A DNA stretch of 64,000 nucleotides from Alphaproteobacteria bacterium (GCA_964291285.2 OZ219787.1:1280001-1344000); one strand, 5' to 3'; counted from the first letter of the stretch, positions 39,747 through 51,909 are shown. The notes: generated from the letters alone by a model not told the origin. A program made the numbers and translations.

Positions 39747-41303
39747 TCAGGAAAGCCGCGCCGCCAGCCCCATCGGCTCGTCGCGGAAGAGCGCGGCCGG
39801 CATTTCGCGCAGATCGTCGGCAATGCGGGGCCGGAAGGCCATCCGCGCCAGCACGTCGCGTTCGAGATCGACGCCCGGCGCAATTTCGACGACCACCGGC
39901 CCGGCCTCCTCGATGCGGAAGACGCAACGCTCGGTCACCGCCATGATCGTCTGCCCGCGCGCGAGGCCGGCGCGGGCGTTGAAGCTCACCTGCTCCACCG
40001 CTTCCACGAACTTGACCGGGGCGCCGTCGCGCCGGATGTCGAGGCGGCCGCCGGCGGCCCGGATGTCGGTCTCGCCGGCCGTGAACTGGCCGCAGAAAAC
40101 GACCCGCTTCGCGCCCTGGGTTACATTGAAGAAGCCGCCTATGCCGGGAATGCGCGCCTTCAGCTTCGACACATTGACATTGCCGGCGGCGTCCAGCTCC
40201 GCCATGCCAACGAAGGTTATGTCCAGACCGCCACCGTCATAGAAGTCGAACTGGTAGGTGTTGTCGATGACCGAACTCGGATTGATCGCGGCGCCGAAGG
40301 AAAGCCCGTAGGCCGGATAACCGCCCGTGGCACCGGATTCGACCGTGAGCGTGAAGGCGTCACCGCAGCCCTCCTCGCCCGCCACCGTCGCCACATATTC
40401 GGGCGCGCCCACGCCGAGATTGACCACGTCGTCCCGGCGGAGCTCCATCGCCGCGCGCCGGCCGATCACCTTCTTGACCGACAACGGCTGCGGCGGGCGG
40501 GCGCTCAGGTCCGCGCGCACCTCGCCCGAGAACACCGGGTCGTAGGCTGTCGCGAATGTCTGCGGGTGGTTCTCCGGCCGCGCGACGACGACCCGGTCCA
40601 CGAGATGGCCCGGAATCACCACCCGCCTCGGATCGAGCGAGCCGCGCTCCGCAATGCGCTCGACCTGCGCCAGCACGATGCCGCCGGAGTTCCGCACCGC
40701 CTGCGCGAAGCTCGGCCCCTGGAAGGTGCCGATCTCGCGCTCCATGGTGATGTTGCCGTCCGGGTCCGCCGTCGTGCCGCGCAGCAGGCCGGCGTCGAGC
40801 CGCATGGAGGGGTAGAACAGCCAATCCCGCCCGCTGAGCCGCACGCGCTCCACATAGTCTTCGACGGTGCGGGCGTTCACCTTGCCGCCGCCATGTTCGG
40901 GATCGACGAAGGTGCCGAGGCCCACATGGGTCACGAGGCCTGGCCGCCCGGCAGCGATCTCCCGGTAGAGCTGGACGATCGCGCCGAGCGGCAGCAGGTA
41001 ACCTTCGATCTCATTGTCGATCAGCCGGCGCTGGAGCATCCGGTTGAGATTGAGATAGGAGGTGACGAGCCGGCGGATCATCCCGTCGTGACGCAGACGG
41101 TCGAGGCCGCGCCCGCGTGTGTCGCCGGAGCCGGTGGAAGCGATGACGGTCAGCCCGCCGGGCTCGCCCGTTTCCAGGAACCGCGCCTCCAGCGCCAGCA
41201 GCAGCTCTTCCGGGCAGACCGAGCCGACGAAGCCGTCCACGCCCAACACCGCGCCGGAAGGCACCAGCGCCGCCGCCGCCGCAGCCGTCACGATCTTGCT
41301 CAT
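39747..41303 (-). CDS. Acyl-CoA:acetate/propionate CoA-transferase (YdiF/Pct type)
   Basis: PG..THVGLGTFVDP, VNLGVGAP, TVESG, FDFYDGGGLD, GNVNVS, TERCVF. Confidence 0.9.
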   Translation of the reverse strand: MSKIVTAAAAAALVPSGAVLGVDGFVGSVCPEELLLALEARFLETGEPGGLTVIASTGSGDTRGRGLDRLRHDGMIRRLVTSYLNLNRMLQRRLIDNEIEGYLLPLGAIVQLYREIAAGRPGLVTHVGLGTFVDPEHGGGKVNARTVEDYVERVRLSGRDWLFYPSMRLDAGLLRGTTADPDGNITMEREIGTFQGPSFAQAVRNSGGIVLAQVERIAERGSLDPRRVVIPGHLVDRVVVARPENHPQTFATAYDPVFSGEVRADLSARPPQPLSVKKVIGRRAAMELRRDDVVNLGVGAPEYVATVAGEEGCGDAFTLTVESGATGGYPAYGLSFGAAINPSSVIDNTYQFDFYDGGGLDITFVGMAELDAAGNVNVSKLKARIPGIGGFFNVTQGAKRVVFCGQFTAGETDIRAAGGRLDIRRDGAPVKFVEAVEQVSFNARAGLARGQTIMAVTERCVFRIEEAGPVVVEIAPGVDLERDVLARMAFRPRIADDLREMPAALFRDEPMGLAARLS

Positions 41304-41338
41304 GGATTGCCTCCCGGCGAGACGGAAACCGCAGCGGG

Positions 41339-42121
41339 TCAGGCCGCTTGCGCCGGCACGGCTGTGAAGCCGACCCGCCCGAGAGGACCGAAGTCCGCGA
41401 GCACCTGCGCGCCGGTCCGAATTGCGGCGACGCCGGTGCAGGTGCCGGTGGTTACGCGGTCACCGGCCCGAAGCCCGTCGCCGCGCTCGCGCAAATGGTT
41501 GGCGAGCCAGAGGAGCACCAGCGCCGGATCGCCCAGCGCCAGCGCTCCGGTGCCCTCGGCCAGCGTTTCTCCATCCACCGAGAGCGCCACGCCGGCGTCA
41601 CGCAGATCCCGGTCCCGCCAGTCGGGCCGCACCTCCCCCTCGACGAATGCGATATTGGCGCCGAAATCGGCCGTGACGCCCTCCCGGCCGAGCCCGGCGA
41701 GCCCGCCCTCGAAGCGCGAGCCGACGACTTCGATGCCTCCGGCAATGCCCATCACCGCGGCCAACACCTCGGCGCGCTCGAACGGCGCCTCGCGCGGCGG
41801 CAGGCCCTCGCCCATGACGAAGACGAACTCGCCTTCGACGGCCGGCGCATGCGCGGCGAAGACGGGCACTTCCGCCCCGTGCTCGAAGCAGAAGGGCTCT
41901 AGCAGCGCGCCCGCGCCGGGCCTGTCCGTGCCGAGCTTGCGCCGGGCTTCGGCGCTGGTTGATCCGACCTTCCAGCCGGCGCGGGGACAACCCGACGCCC
42001 GCACCGCCCTTTCCTGGACCCGGTAGGCGTCGTCCAGACCGGCGATGTCCCGCCTTGCCGCCACCTCGACCAGGGTTCCGTCCCGCCGGGCCTCCCACAA
42101 GCGTTGCGCCAGATCGGCCAT
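41339..42121 (-). CDS. 2-keto-4-pentenoate hydratase-like (FAH superfamily)
   Basis: AY.VQ, GWKVG.TS, VEGEF, IEVVGSR, LGDP..L.WLAN, VTTGT. Confidence 0.85.
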   Translation of the reverse strand: MADLAQRLWEARRDGTLVEVAARRDIAGLDDAYRVQERAVRASGCPRAGWKVGSTSAEARRKLGTDRPGAGALLEPFCFEHGAEVPVFAAHAPAVEGEFVFVMGEGLPPREAPFERAEVLAAVMGIAGGIEVVGSRFEGGLAGLGREGVTADFGANIAFVEGEVRPDWRDRDLRDAGVALSVDGETLAEGTGALALGDPALVLLWLANHLRERGDGLRAGDRVTTGTCTGVAAIRTGAQVLADFGPLGRVGFTAVPAQAA

Positions 42122-42271
42122 CCAGTGCCTGCCTTTCTTCCGCTTCGACGAACCGTGCCGCAACCCTATCCCGCCCGACTGCCGTGCGAAAGGACATCCC
42201 TGTTCCGCCCGAGGTCTTTTCCCGCGCCTGAATCTCTTTAGGCTTCCCCGGCGTCACGAAGGGGGGCGGCG

Positions 42272-43100
42272 ATGAAGCTCGGCATTTTCAGCTACAACAC
42301 GGAATACGGAACCCGGCCCGACGAGCTGGCGAAGGCTGCCGAGGAGCGGGGCTTCGAGTCCTTCTGGGTCGGCGAGCACACGCACATTCCGGCAAGCCGC
42401 GACACGCCCTATCCGGGCGGCGATCCGCTGCCGAAGCCCTACTACCACATGGCCGACCCCTTCGTGTCGCTGATGGCGGCGGCGGGCGCGACTTCGACGA
42501 TCAAGGTCGGCACGGCCGTCTGCCTCGTCATCGAGCGCGACCCCATCGTGCTGGCGAAGGAAGCGGCGACGCTCGACTACCTCTCGGGCGGGCGGCTGTT
42601 GCTCGGCATCGGCGGCGGCTGGAACGCGGAGGAGATGGCCAATCACGGCACCGACTTCACGCGGCGCTGGCAGGTGCTGCGGGAGCGCATCGAGGCCATG
42701 AAGGCGATCTGGACGGAGGAAGAAGCAAGCTACGAGGGCGAGTTCGTGCGCTTCGAGCGCATCGTCTCCTATCCGAAGCCGGTCCAGCGCCCGCATCCGC
42801 CCATCATCTATGGCGGCGCCACGCCGCTCGGGCGGAAGCGGACGGTGCGCTACTGCGACGGCTGGATGCCCATCGACGTGCTGCTGGACGATTTCCCCGC
42901 CGCCGTCGCCGAACTCGACCGCCTGGCCGAGGAGGCGGGCCGCGATCCCGACTCCATCTCGGTCTCGGTGTTCGCCTTCAACGGCGCCAATGAGGAAGCG
43001 CTCAGGCGGCTCGCGGAGAACCCGCGCATCGAACGCGCCGTGCTGGTGGCACCCCGCTACACGGAGAAGGCCCTGCCTTTCCTGGACGCGTTCGGCGCGC

Positions 43101-43120
<20 letters not shown>
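42272..43120 (+). CDS. LLM-class probable F420-dependent oxidoreductase
   Basis: AEERGFES.WV.EHTHIP, DPFV.L, ERDPI.LAK..ATLD.LSGGR, GWN.EEM..HG, PKPVQ.PHPP. Confidence 0.88.
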
Positions 43121-44744
<1,624 letters not shown>

Positions 44745-44857
44745 CGGCGCTCCCCGATAGCCGTGAATGGCATCCTTTGCATCGTCGAATCCTTCCCCGA
44801 ATGCCGGGCCGCTCGCTTGACCCGTCGGCGCGGAGCGGCTAGAAGCCGCCCCTTATC

Positions 44858-44933
<76 letters not shown>

Positions 44934-44961
44934 TTCCCTTCCGCGTTTTCCAGTCGACCGG

Positions 44962-45273
44962 TCAGGCGTCCGTCAGCACGTGGATCGTCCGGTTGGCGAG
45001 CAGGTCCTTCACCTTCGCCGCATAGGCGGCCATATGGGCAGACGCGCCATGCGCGCGGAGCGCGTCCAGGCTCGCCCATTTCTCCACGACGACAAAGGTG
45101 TCCTCGCCGTATTTCGTCTGGATCGCGCCCGCTTCGGCGTCCACGGCCGCGCCGTATTCGATGCAGCCGTCCTCCGCATGCACTGCCGGCACATTGGCGT
45201 TGAAGGCTTCGAGGACCTCGGCGCGGCGGCCGGGCTTGGCCTGGATGACGGCGATGACATGGACCCTGGACAT
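44962..45273 (-). CDS. Antibiotic biosynthesis monooxygenase (YgiN-like)
   Basis: AKPG.R, VHAEDGCIEY, VVVEKW.S..AL.AH...HM. Confidence 0.85.
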   Translation of the reverse strand: MSRVHVIAVIQAKPGRRAEVLEAFNANVPAVHAEDGCIEYGAAVDAEAGAIQTKYGEDTFVVVEKWASLDALRAHGASAHMAAYAAKVKDLLANRTIHVLTDA

Positions 45274-45388
45274 GGATGTTCTCCTGTTCCCGCCGCCCCC
45301 TCGGCAACGGTTGTCCGGCTGTTATTGACCGCTTTCGGCCTCCGGGGTCAAGATTGGGACAATTCCCGGTTCCCGGAGGCCATACCCG

Positions 45389-47533
45389 ATGCCCGAAGCG
45401 CGCGCCCTCTGCTCTTCCTGCGACATTTACTGCCAGGTCCTGGTCGAGACCGCAGGCGGACAGGTCGCCCGGGTCAAGGCGATGGACCCGAGGCCGGGCC
45501 AGGCCAACATCTGCATGAAGGGCGTGCATGCGCCCGCCGGCTTTACCCATTCCGACCGGGTGTTGCATCCGCTCCGCCGCAAGGGGCCGCGCGGCTCCGG
45601 GGAATGGGAGCGGGTCGGCTGGGACGAGGCGCTCGACGACATCGCCGAACGCCTTCAGCGGGCCGTGGACCGCTACGGGCCGGAGGGGTTCGCCGTCTCG
45701 ACAAGCTCCTGGAACACGCAGACCGATCAGGGCATGTGCCGGCGCTTCATGAACCTTGTCGGCTCGCCCAACTGGATTTCCGGCGTGGCGCTCTGCGCGG
45801 GCAACACAGCCGCCGTCAACCGCCTGGTCTATGGCTGGTTCCCCTATCCGGATTTCACGAAGACGCAGTGCATCGTGCTGTTCGGGCACAATCCGAAGCC
45901 GCATTCCTGGACGCCGGAATACAACGCCATCCGCCGGGCGCAGGAGCGCGGCGCGAAGCTGATCGTGCTCGACCCGCGCCGGTCGGAGAACGCCGAGCTC
46001 GCCGACATCTGGCTGCCGCTCAGGGTCGGCACCGACGCCGCCATGTGTCTCGGCTGGCTCAAGGTCATCATGGACGAGGGCCTCTGGGACAAGGATTTCG
46101 TCAAGCGCTGGACGGCGGGCTTCGACGAGCTTCGCAGGCGCGTGGACGAGTTCCCGCTGGACCGGGTCGCCGAGATCACCGGCGTTCCGGCCGACCGGAT
46201 CGCGGAGGCGGCGCGCCTCTATGCGCAGTCCGGCCCGGCGGTGATTCCCTGGTCTCCGATCACCGACCAGCAGCGCAACTCGACCTCCGCCATCCGCCTC
46301 CAGGCGATCCTGCGCGCCATCTGCGGCAATCTCGACGTTCCGGGCGGGGAGGTGCTGCACGGTTTCCACCCGCGCATCGTGCCGGAGACCGACCTGGAGT
46401 TTCACGACGCGCTGCCGGAAGCGCAGAAGGCCAAACAACTGGGGTCCGACACGCACCCGGTGTTCACCTATCGCGGCGCCGCGCCCCTGGAAGAGCCGAC
46501 GCTTCGCGTCTGGGGGCGGCGATACGCCAATCTCGTCTCCGGCTGCTACATGGCGACGCCCTCGGCCGTCTTCCGCGCCATGGCGGACGGCGAGCCATAT
46601 CCGGTCAAGGCGTTCTTCGCGCTCGGCAACAACACGCTGCTGAGCTTCGCCAACATGCAGCTGATCCAAAGGGCGCTCCTGAACCAGGACCTGCTCGTCG
46701 CCTTCGAGCACATGAAGACGCCGACGGCGGCGCTGTGCGATTACATCCTGCCGGGCGATGCCTGGACGGAACGCAAGGCGCTGGCGGACGGCTTCGGCTG
46801 GACCGCGATCTGCCGCACTTCGCAGCAGGCGACGGAGCCGCCGGGAGAGGCGCGCAGCGTTTACGATTTCTGGCGCGGCCTGGCGGTGCGGTTCGGCCTC
46901 GGCAACCATTTCCCGTGGGAAACGGCGGACGCCGTGCTGGACCATCGCGTGGCAGGCCTCGGCATGGATTTCGACAGCTTCGCACGGGAGCACGCCGCGC
47001 ATACGGACGGCCTCCGGTTCCGGAAATACGAAAAGACGGGCTTCGCGACGCCCTCCGGCAAGGTCGAGCTTTCCTCCTCCGTGCTGGCCGAATTCGGCTT
47101 CGACCCCTTGCCCTACTGGCGCGAGGAACCGGCGGGGCCGGACGACATGCCGCTTCGCCTCTTCACGGGCCTGCGCGAGGACGCCTATTTCCAGACCGGC
47201 CACCGCCATATCGCGGCGCTCAGGGCCCGCGCGCCCGAGCCGCTGCTGTTCCTGCATCCGGAAGATGCAAGGGAAGCCGGCATCGCCGACGGCGAGCCCG
47301 CCGTCGCGGAAACGGCGCAGGGGCGGGTGCATATGAAGGCTGCCGTCCGCAACGACATGCAGAAGGGCCTGGTGCGGATACCCCACGGCTGGTGGCTGCC
47401 CGAGGTCGGGCTGGAGAGCGCCTGGGAGATGGCCGACGCCCAGCTCTGTCCCGACGACGAGGATTTCCTCGACCGCGAACAGGGCATCCCGCACTTCAAG
47501 GGCATCCCCTGCCGGGTCGCGCCGGCGGCTTAG
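45389..47533 (+). CDS. Mo/W-bisPGD enzyme, acetylene hydratase-like
   Basis: CSSCDIYC..ICMK [4Fe-4S] motif, RRFMNLVGSPNW, CAGNT, GTDAA, IPW..TDQQRNS.SAIR; no Tat leader. Confidence 0.85.
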   Translation: MPEARALCSSCDIYCQVLVETAGGQVARVKAMDPRPGQANICMKGVHAPAGFTHSDRVLHPLRRKGPRGSGEWERVGWDEALDDIAERLQRAVDRYGPEGFAVSTSSWNTQTDQGMCRRFMNLVGSPNWISGVALCAGNTAAVNRLVYGWFPYPDFTKTQCIVLFGHNPKPHSWTPEYNAIRRAQERGAKLIVLDPRRSENAELADIWLPLRVGTDAAMCLGWLKVIMDEGLWDKDFVKRWTAGFDELRRRVDEFPLDRVAEITGVPADRIAEAARLYAQSGPAVIPWSPITDQQRNSTSAIRLQAILRAICGNLDVPGGEVLHGFHPRIVPETDLEFHDALPEAQKAKQLGSDTHPVFTYRGAAPLEEPTLRVWGRRYANLVSGCYMATPSAVFRAMADGEPYPVKAFFALGNNTLLSFANMQLIQRALLNQDLLVAFEHMKTPTAALCDYILPGDAWTERKALADGFGWTAICRTSQQATEPPGEARSVYDFWRGLAVRFGLGNHFPWETADAVLDHRVAGLGMDFDSFAREHAAHTDGLRFRKYEKTGFATPSGKVELSSSVLAEFGFDPLPYWREEPAGPDDMPLRLFTGLREDAYFQTGHRHIAALRARAPEPLLFLHPEDAREAGIADGEPAVAETAQGRVHMKAAVRNDMQKGLVRIPHGWWLPEVGLESAWEMADAQLCPDDEDFLDREQGIPHFKGIPCRVAPAA

Positions 47534-47635
47534 GGCACGCTTCGACCCGGATGGCCCGACGGTCATTCGGGACAGAACCGTCCGAGGCCGGCATCCGGTG
47601 GGGAAGGCGCGGCTGCGGGGATACGCTTGCGGAAG

Positions 47636-47713
47636 TGTCATGAGATGTCATGTTCTGTCATGCGGGGGCCGCGCGGTGTCATGATGTGTCATGATGTGTC
47701 ATGTTTCGTCATG
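47636..47713 (-). repeat. Two clusters (3+4) of CATGACA-type repeats at 10-bp period
   Basis: TGTCATG at 47636, 47646, 47656, 47677, 47687, 47697 and CGTCATG at 47707. Confidence 0.9.
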
Positions 47714-47825
47714 GTCGGCCATGCGAACGGCGCATAGCCCGTAGCCGTTCCGGGCATGCGGCCATCGTTTCAGTCTGGTGCTCCGGGTATTCCATCCGGT
47801 TTCCCCGGCCTTGCATCTTCGGCAT
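47709..47825 (-). CDS. Putative 38-aa micro-ORF (MPKMQGRGNRMEYP...)
   Basis: RBS AAAGGAG 5 nt upstream; stop within the first CATGAC repeat. Confidence 0.35.
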   Translation of the reverse strand: MPKMQGRGNRMEYPEHQTETMAACPERLRAMRRSHGRP

Positions 47826-47880
47826 GGTCTCTCCTTTCCGTCCGTCGTCGCTCCGTTCTTCCCGCCGCCCGGCGCGGCGG

Positions 47881-48144
47881 GACCCTTTTTCGCGCGTAAT
47901 GCGCGCCGGCGCCCGCGCGCCCGTCGGCGCGCGTTTCGCGGCGGCGCGGTTTGCGCGCCTGATTGCGCCTGCGCCCGCGAGCCGGACGCAGGGCGCACTT
48001 TGCCCGTTGGCAGAATCGGGGGCTTTTTTCGCGCCGGCGCCGGCGCGAAGGAACGGGGCGGTGTCCGGACGCCGCCTCGTCGGGACCAATATGTCTTCAC
48101 GATTCTCAGAAGTCAAATAATTTTAGGAATTATTACGAAAATTT
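47881..48144 (-). other. Conserved non-coding block, copy 2, with sigma70-like promoter
   Basis: TTGACT-17-CATATT on the minus strand (48116-48088); box AAATTTTCGTAATAATTC; leader homologous to 31981-32155. Confidence 0.7.
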
Positions 48145-48388
48145 AACGAACAATGCGCTGATTCGATTCCACTGAATCGTTTACCGCCGCCCGAACAGCC
48201 TGCTTCTTCACATCCCGTTCGCCTCCCCGGATCGAAATGCGGTTCCATCGGGACGGGGCTGCATCGACGGCAGGTCGCGCTCCGGCGTGAGCGTTTTGGG
48301 GTGGGACAGTTTGCGGCTGACAGAATGGAACCGGTTGGGAATACTCTGGCGGACTGAACCGGGGCAGCCGGTGCCGGGGGAGGGCCGG

Positions 48389-49564
48389 ATGAATATCGAC
48401 AAGTGCATCAATCTCGACGACCTGCGCGTACTCGCGAAGAAGCGCGTGCCGAAGCTGGTTTACGACTTCATCGAGGGCGGCGTGGACGGTGAGGAAGGGC
48501 TCTGGCGCAATGAGGACGCCTTCCAGCGGCGCTCGCTCGTGCCGCGCTACATGGTCGATGTCTCGACGCTCGACCAGTCGGTGGAGCTGTTCGGCCGCAC
48601 CTGGTCCAGCCCCTATGGCATCGCGCCCACCGGCGGCATCGGCAATTACCGCCGCGGCGGCGACATGATGCTGGCGCGGGCGGCGCGCGACGCCAATATC
48701 CCCTTCATCATGTCCGGGGCTGCCAACGCCTCGATGGAGGAGATGGCGCGCGAGGCGCCCGAGCATGGCTGGTACCAGATGTATACAGCGAATGACCGGG
48801 CGATCTCCGAGGACATGATCCGGCGCGCGGCCGACCTCGGCATTCCGGCACTCGTCGTCACGGTCGATGTACCGGTCCATTCCAACCGTGAGCGCAACCG
48901 GCGCAACGGGTTCGGCCGCCCGCTCAGGCTGACGCTCGGGACCAAGCTGGACACGCTCCGCCATCCCGCCTGGCTCCGGGACTACATGAAGCAGGGCTTC
49001 GCCATGCTGGAGAACTGGAAGCCCTATGCGCCCGAGGGCGCGAGTTCGCTCGAGGTCGGCGAATTCATGGCCGGACAGGTCCCGGCCAACCTCACCTGGG
49101 CGGATATCGAGCGGTTCCGGGCGCTCTGGCCGCGCACCTTCATCCTGAAGGGCGTCATGCGCACGGACGACGCGCTCCGGGCGGCGGAAGCCGGGGTGGA
49201 CGGGCTGATGGTCTCCAACCACGGCGCCCGCCAGCTCGACCGCGCGCCGTCTCCGCTGGACGTGCTGCCGGCGCTCGACGCGGCCGTGGGCGACCGCATG
49301 GCGCTGATGCTCGACGGCGGCGTCCGGCGGGGCGCTGACATACTGATCGCGCTCGCCAGCGGGGCGAAGTTCGTCTTCCTCGGCCGGCCGACCCTCTACG
49401 GCGCGGTTGCGGGCGGGGCGGCAGGGGCCGTGAAGGCGGTCGATATCCTCCGCGACGAGATCGACAAGGTGATGGCCCAGATCGGCTGCCCGTCGCTCGA
49501 CCAGCTGGGGCCTGATTTCCTCCACCGGGACCAGGAGGACGCGGGGCGCAACATCCGGCTCTGA
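48389..49564 (+). CDS. FMN-dependent alpha-hydroxy-acid oxidase/dehydrogenase, copy 1
   Basis: IAPTG, LKGV, VSNHGARQLD, DGGVRRG.D, GRP.LYG. Confidence 0.92.
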   Translation: MNIDKCINLDDLRVLAKKRVPKLVYDFIEGGVDGEEGLWRNEDAFQRRSLVPRYMVDVSTLDQSVELFGRTWSSPYGIAPTGGIGNYRRGGDMMLARAARDANIPFIMSGAANASMEEMAREAPEHGWYQMYTANDRAISEDMIRRAADLGIPALVVTVDVPVHSNRERNRRNGFGRPLRLTLGTKLDTLRHPAWLRDYMKQGFAMLENWKPYAPEGASSLEVGEFMAGQVPANLTWADIERFRALWPRTFILKGVMRTDDALRAAEAGVDGLMVSNHGARQLDRAPSPLDVLPALDAAVGDRMALMLDGGVRRGADILIALASGAKFVFLGRPTLYGAVAGGAAGAVKAVDILRDEIDKVMAQIGCPSLDQLGPDFLHRDQEDAGRNIRL

Positions 49565-49594
49565 CGGCCGCGGCCGGCGCCGGGAGAGGGCCGG

Positions 49595-50764
49595 ATGAAT
49601 ATCGACAAGTGCGTCAACCTCGACGACCTGCGCATGCTGGCGAAGAGGCGCGTGCCGAAGCTGGTTTACGACTACATCGAAGGCGGCGTGGACGATGAGG
49701 AGGGGCTCCGGCGCAATGAGGACGCCTTCCGGCGGCGTTCGCTCGTGCCGCGCTACATGGTGGATGTCTCGACCCTCGACCGGTCGGTGGAGCTGTTCGG
49801 CCGCACATGGTCGAGCCCCTACGGCATCGCGCCCACCGGGGGCATCGGCAATTTCCGCCGCGGCGGCGACAGGATGCTGTGGCGGGCCGCGCGGGACGCG
49901 AATATCCCCTTCGTCATGTCGATCGTCGCCACCGCCCCGATGGAGGACATGGCGCGCGAGGCGCCCGAGCATGGCTGGTACCAGTTGTCCGCAGCGAAGG
50001 ACCGGTCGATCTCCGAAGACATGATCCGGCGCGCGGCCGATCTCGGCATTCCCGCCCTTGTGGTCACGGTCGATGCGCCGGTCGATTCCAACAAGGAGCG
50101 CAACCGGCGCAACGGCCTCGGCGGCAAGATCACGCTCGCGGCGAAGCTGGAGGCGCTCCGCCATCCGCTCTGGCTGAAGGACTACTTGCTGCACGGCTCC
50201 GCCATGCTGGAGAACTGGCGGCCTTATGCGCCGGCGGGCTCCAGCGCCGGACAGGTCGATGAATTCGTGGCCGGACAGAGGCCGACCGGCCTCACCTGGT
50301 CCGACATCGAGCGGTTCCGCGCGCTCTGGCCGCGCACGCTGGTCCTGAAGGGGGTGTTGCGCACCGACGATGCGCTCCGGGCGGCGGAGGCCGGTGTGGA
50401 CGGGCTGATCGTGTCCAACCACGGCGCCCGCCAGCTCGACCGCGCCCCGTCGCCGCTGGATATGCTGCCGGCGCTCGACGCGGCGGTGGGCGACCGGCTG
50501 GCGCTGATGATGGACGGCGGCGTCCGCCGGGGCGCGGACATTCTGATCGCGCTCGCCAGCGGGGCGAAGTTCGTCTTCCTCGGCCGGCCGACTCTCTACG
50601 GCGCCGTTGCGGGTGGTGCCGCCGGGGCCGCCAGGGCCGTGGACATCCTCCGCGACGAGATCGACAAGGTCATGGCCCAGATCGGCTGCCCGTCCCCCGA
50701 CCGGCTAGGCCCCGAATTCCTCCACCGCGACCCGGGGGACGCGGGGCGCAATATCCGGCTGTGA
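49595..50764 (+). CDS. FMN-dependent alpha-hydroxy-acid oxidase/dehydrogenase, copy 2 (tandem paralogue)
   Basis: Same motifs; long stretches nearly identical to copy 1. Confidence 0.92.
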   Translation: MNIDKCVNLDDLRMLAKRRVPKLVYDYIEGGVDDEEGLRRNEDAFRRRSLVPRYMVDVSTLDRSVELFGRTWSSPYGIAPTGGIGNFRRGGDRMLWRAARDANIPFVMSIVATAPMEDMAREAPEHGWYQLSAAKDRSISEDMIRRAADLGIPALVVTVDAPVDSNKERNRRNGLGGKITLAAKLEALRHPLWLKDYLLHGSAMLENWRPYAPAGSSAGQVDEFVAGQRPTGLTWSDIERFRALWPRTLVLKGVLRTDDALRAAEAGVDGLIVSNHGARQLDRAPSPLDMLPALDAAVGDRLALMMDGGVRRGADILIALASGAKFVFLGRPTLYGAVAGGAAGAARAVDILRDEIDKVMAQIGCPSPDRLGPEFLHRDPGDAGRNIRL

Positions 50765-50808
50765 CGGCTGCGGCCTGAAACGCCGGTTTCAGCCCGCGGC
50801 GGCGGCCT

Positions 50809-51870
50809 CTAGGCCGACGCAATGTGCGTGGCGCCGCTTTCCTGTTGGCCTGTCATGGCGGCGAGCTCGCGCAGCGCCTCTTCGGCGCGGCGGCGCTTCG
50901 CCTCGTCCGGGTCGCGCTGGACGATGCGGAGCAGCGCGTCGCGCGCCGCAAGGTCGCCCTCTGCGGCCATGTCGAAGGCCATCCGGTCGCGGCGTTCGTA
51001 ATATTGCCGGTCCAGCGGCACGACCTTGGGCGAGAGCGCGCGCCAGAAAAATTGCCCGTCGTCGGAGGACCAGTCCGCATAGACCTCCTCCCAGGTTCCG
51101 CAGCCGGAATAGGGCACCATGTTGGTGTCCGCGACCGGCTTGCTCGCCGGCTGGTAGCGGTCGTCGAAGGACTGGCGGATCTCGTCCGTGCGGTTGGGTA
51201 GCGCGCAATGCACGACGGTGTCCGCGAAGATCAGCGCATCGCCCGCCTCGAAGGCGCCCGTCACCCACTCGCCGGGGATCGGCACGCTGATGTCCATGCC
51301 GCCCGCTCCGTTGCCGACCTTGGTGTCGAGCACGCCCGCATGGTGCGATCCGGAGGCAACCGCGAGGGCCCCCTTCTCCAGCGGGCAGTCGCCGAGCGGC
51401 GCCCAGAGCGCATGGTTGGTCGCCCCGCCGATATGCACCTTGTCCTGGTGCGCGCCGGTGGTGAAGTCGAAGCTCTCGGTCTGCGGGAAGATGTTGCGCT
51501 GGATGAACATCGGGTGCGCCAGCACCGGCTCGCCGAAGATGCGCTCGAACAGCGCCAGCACATTGGGATGGATGCGGAGCCGGTGCAGCTCCTCGTCCTT
51601 CCACATGCCCCGGAACACCTGCATGTAGCGTTCCTCGGGGTCCTTGCAGGCCGCAGCCTTGTTGGCGACGCCGGCTTCCACCGGATGAGCCGGGTCGAGC
51701 CAGCCACCTTCGGCCGCTGTCTCCAGCAGGCGCCGGCGGACCTCCATCACCTTCCCGCGCGGCAGCAGGCCCCGGAGGAACAGGTAGCCGTCGCGCTCCA
51801 GCCGCTCGGCGAGCGCCGGACCGTCCTCGATGAAAGTGGTCGAATCGAGGAATTCGCCCATCGCGTCCAT
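50809..51870 (-). CDS. Phytanoyl-CoA dioxygenase (PhyH) family Fe/2OG enzyme
   Basis: RDGYL, HQD, W.PLGD, G.L.V..GSH, GD.L.F...VH. Confidence 0.85.
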   Translation of the reverse strand: MDAMGEFLDSTTFIEDGPALAERLERDGYLFLRGLLPRGKVMEVRRRLLETAAEGGWLDPAHPVEAGVANKAAACKDPEERYMQVFRGMWKDEELHRLRIHPNVLALFERIFGEPVLAHPMFIQRNIFPQTESFDFTTGAHQDKVHIGGATNHALWAPLGDCPLEKGALAVASGSHHAGVLDTKVGNGAGGMDISVPIPGEWVTGAFEAGDALIFADTVVHCALPNRTDEIRQSFDDRYQPASKPVADTNMVPYSGCGTWEEVYADWSSDDGQFFWRALSPKVVPLDRQYYERRDRMAFDMAAEGDLAARDALLRIVQRDPDEAKRRRAEEALRELAAMTGQQESGATHIASA

Positions 51871-51909
51871 GTCCGTTCCTCCCTGTCCGCGCCTGTCGGC
51901 GCCGGCGTG

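Noticed and set aside
47636-47713. TGTCATG repeats as Pho boxes
   Set aside because: PhoB sites have 11-bp periodicity and lie in promoters; these have 10-bp period and follow micro-ORFs
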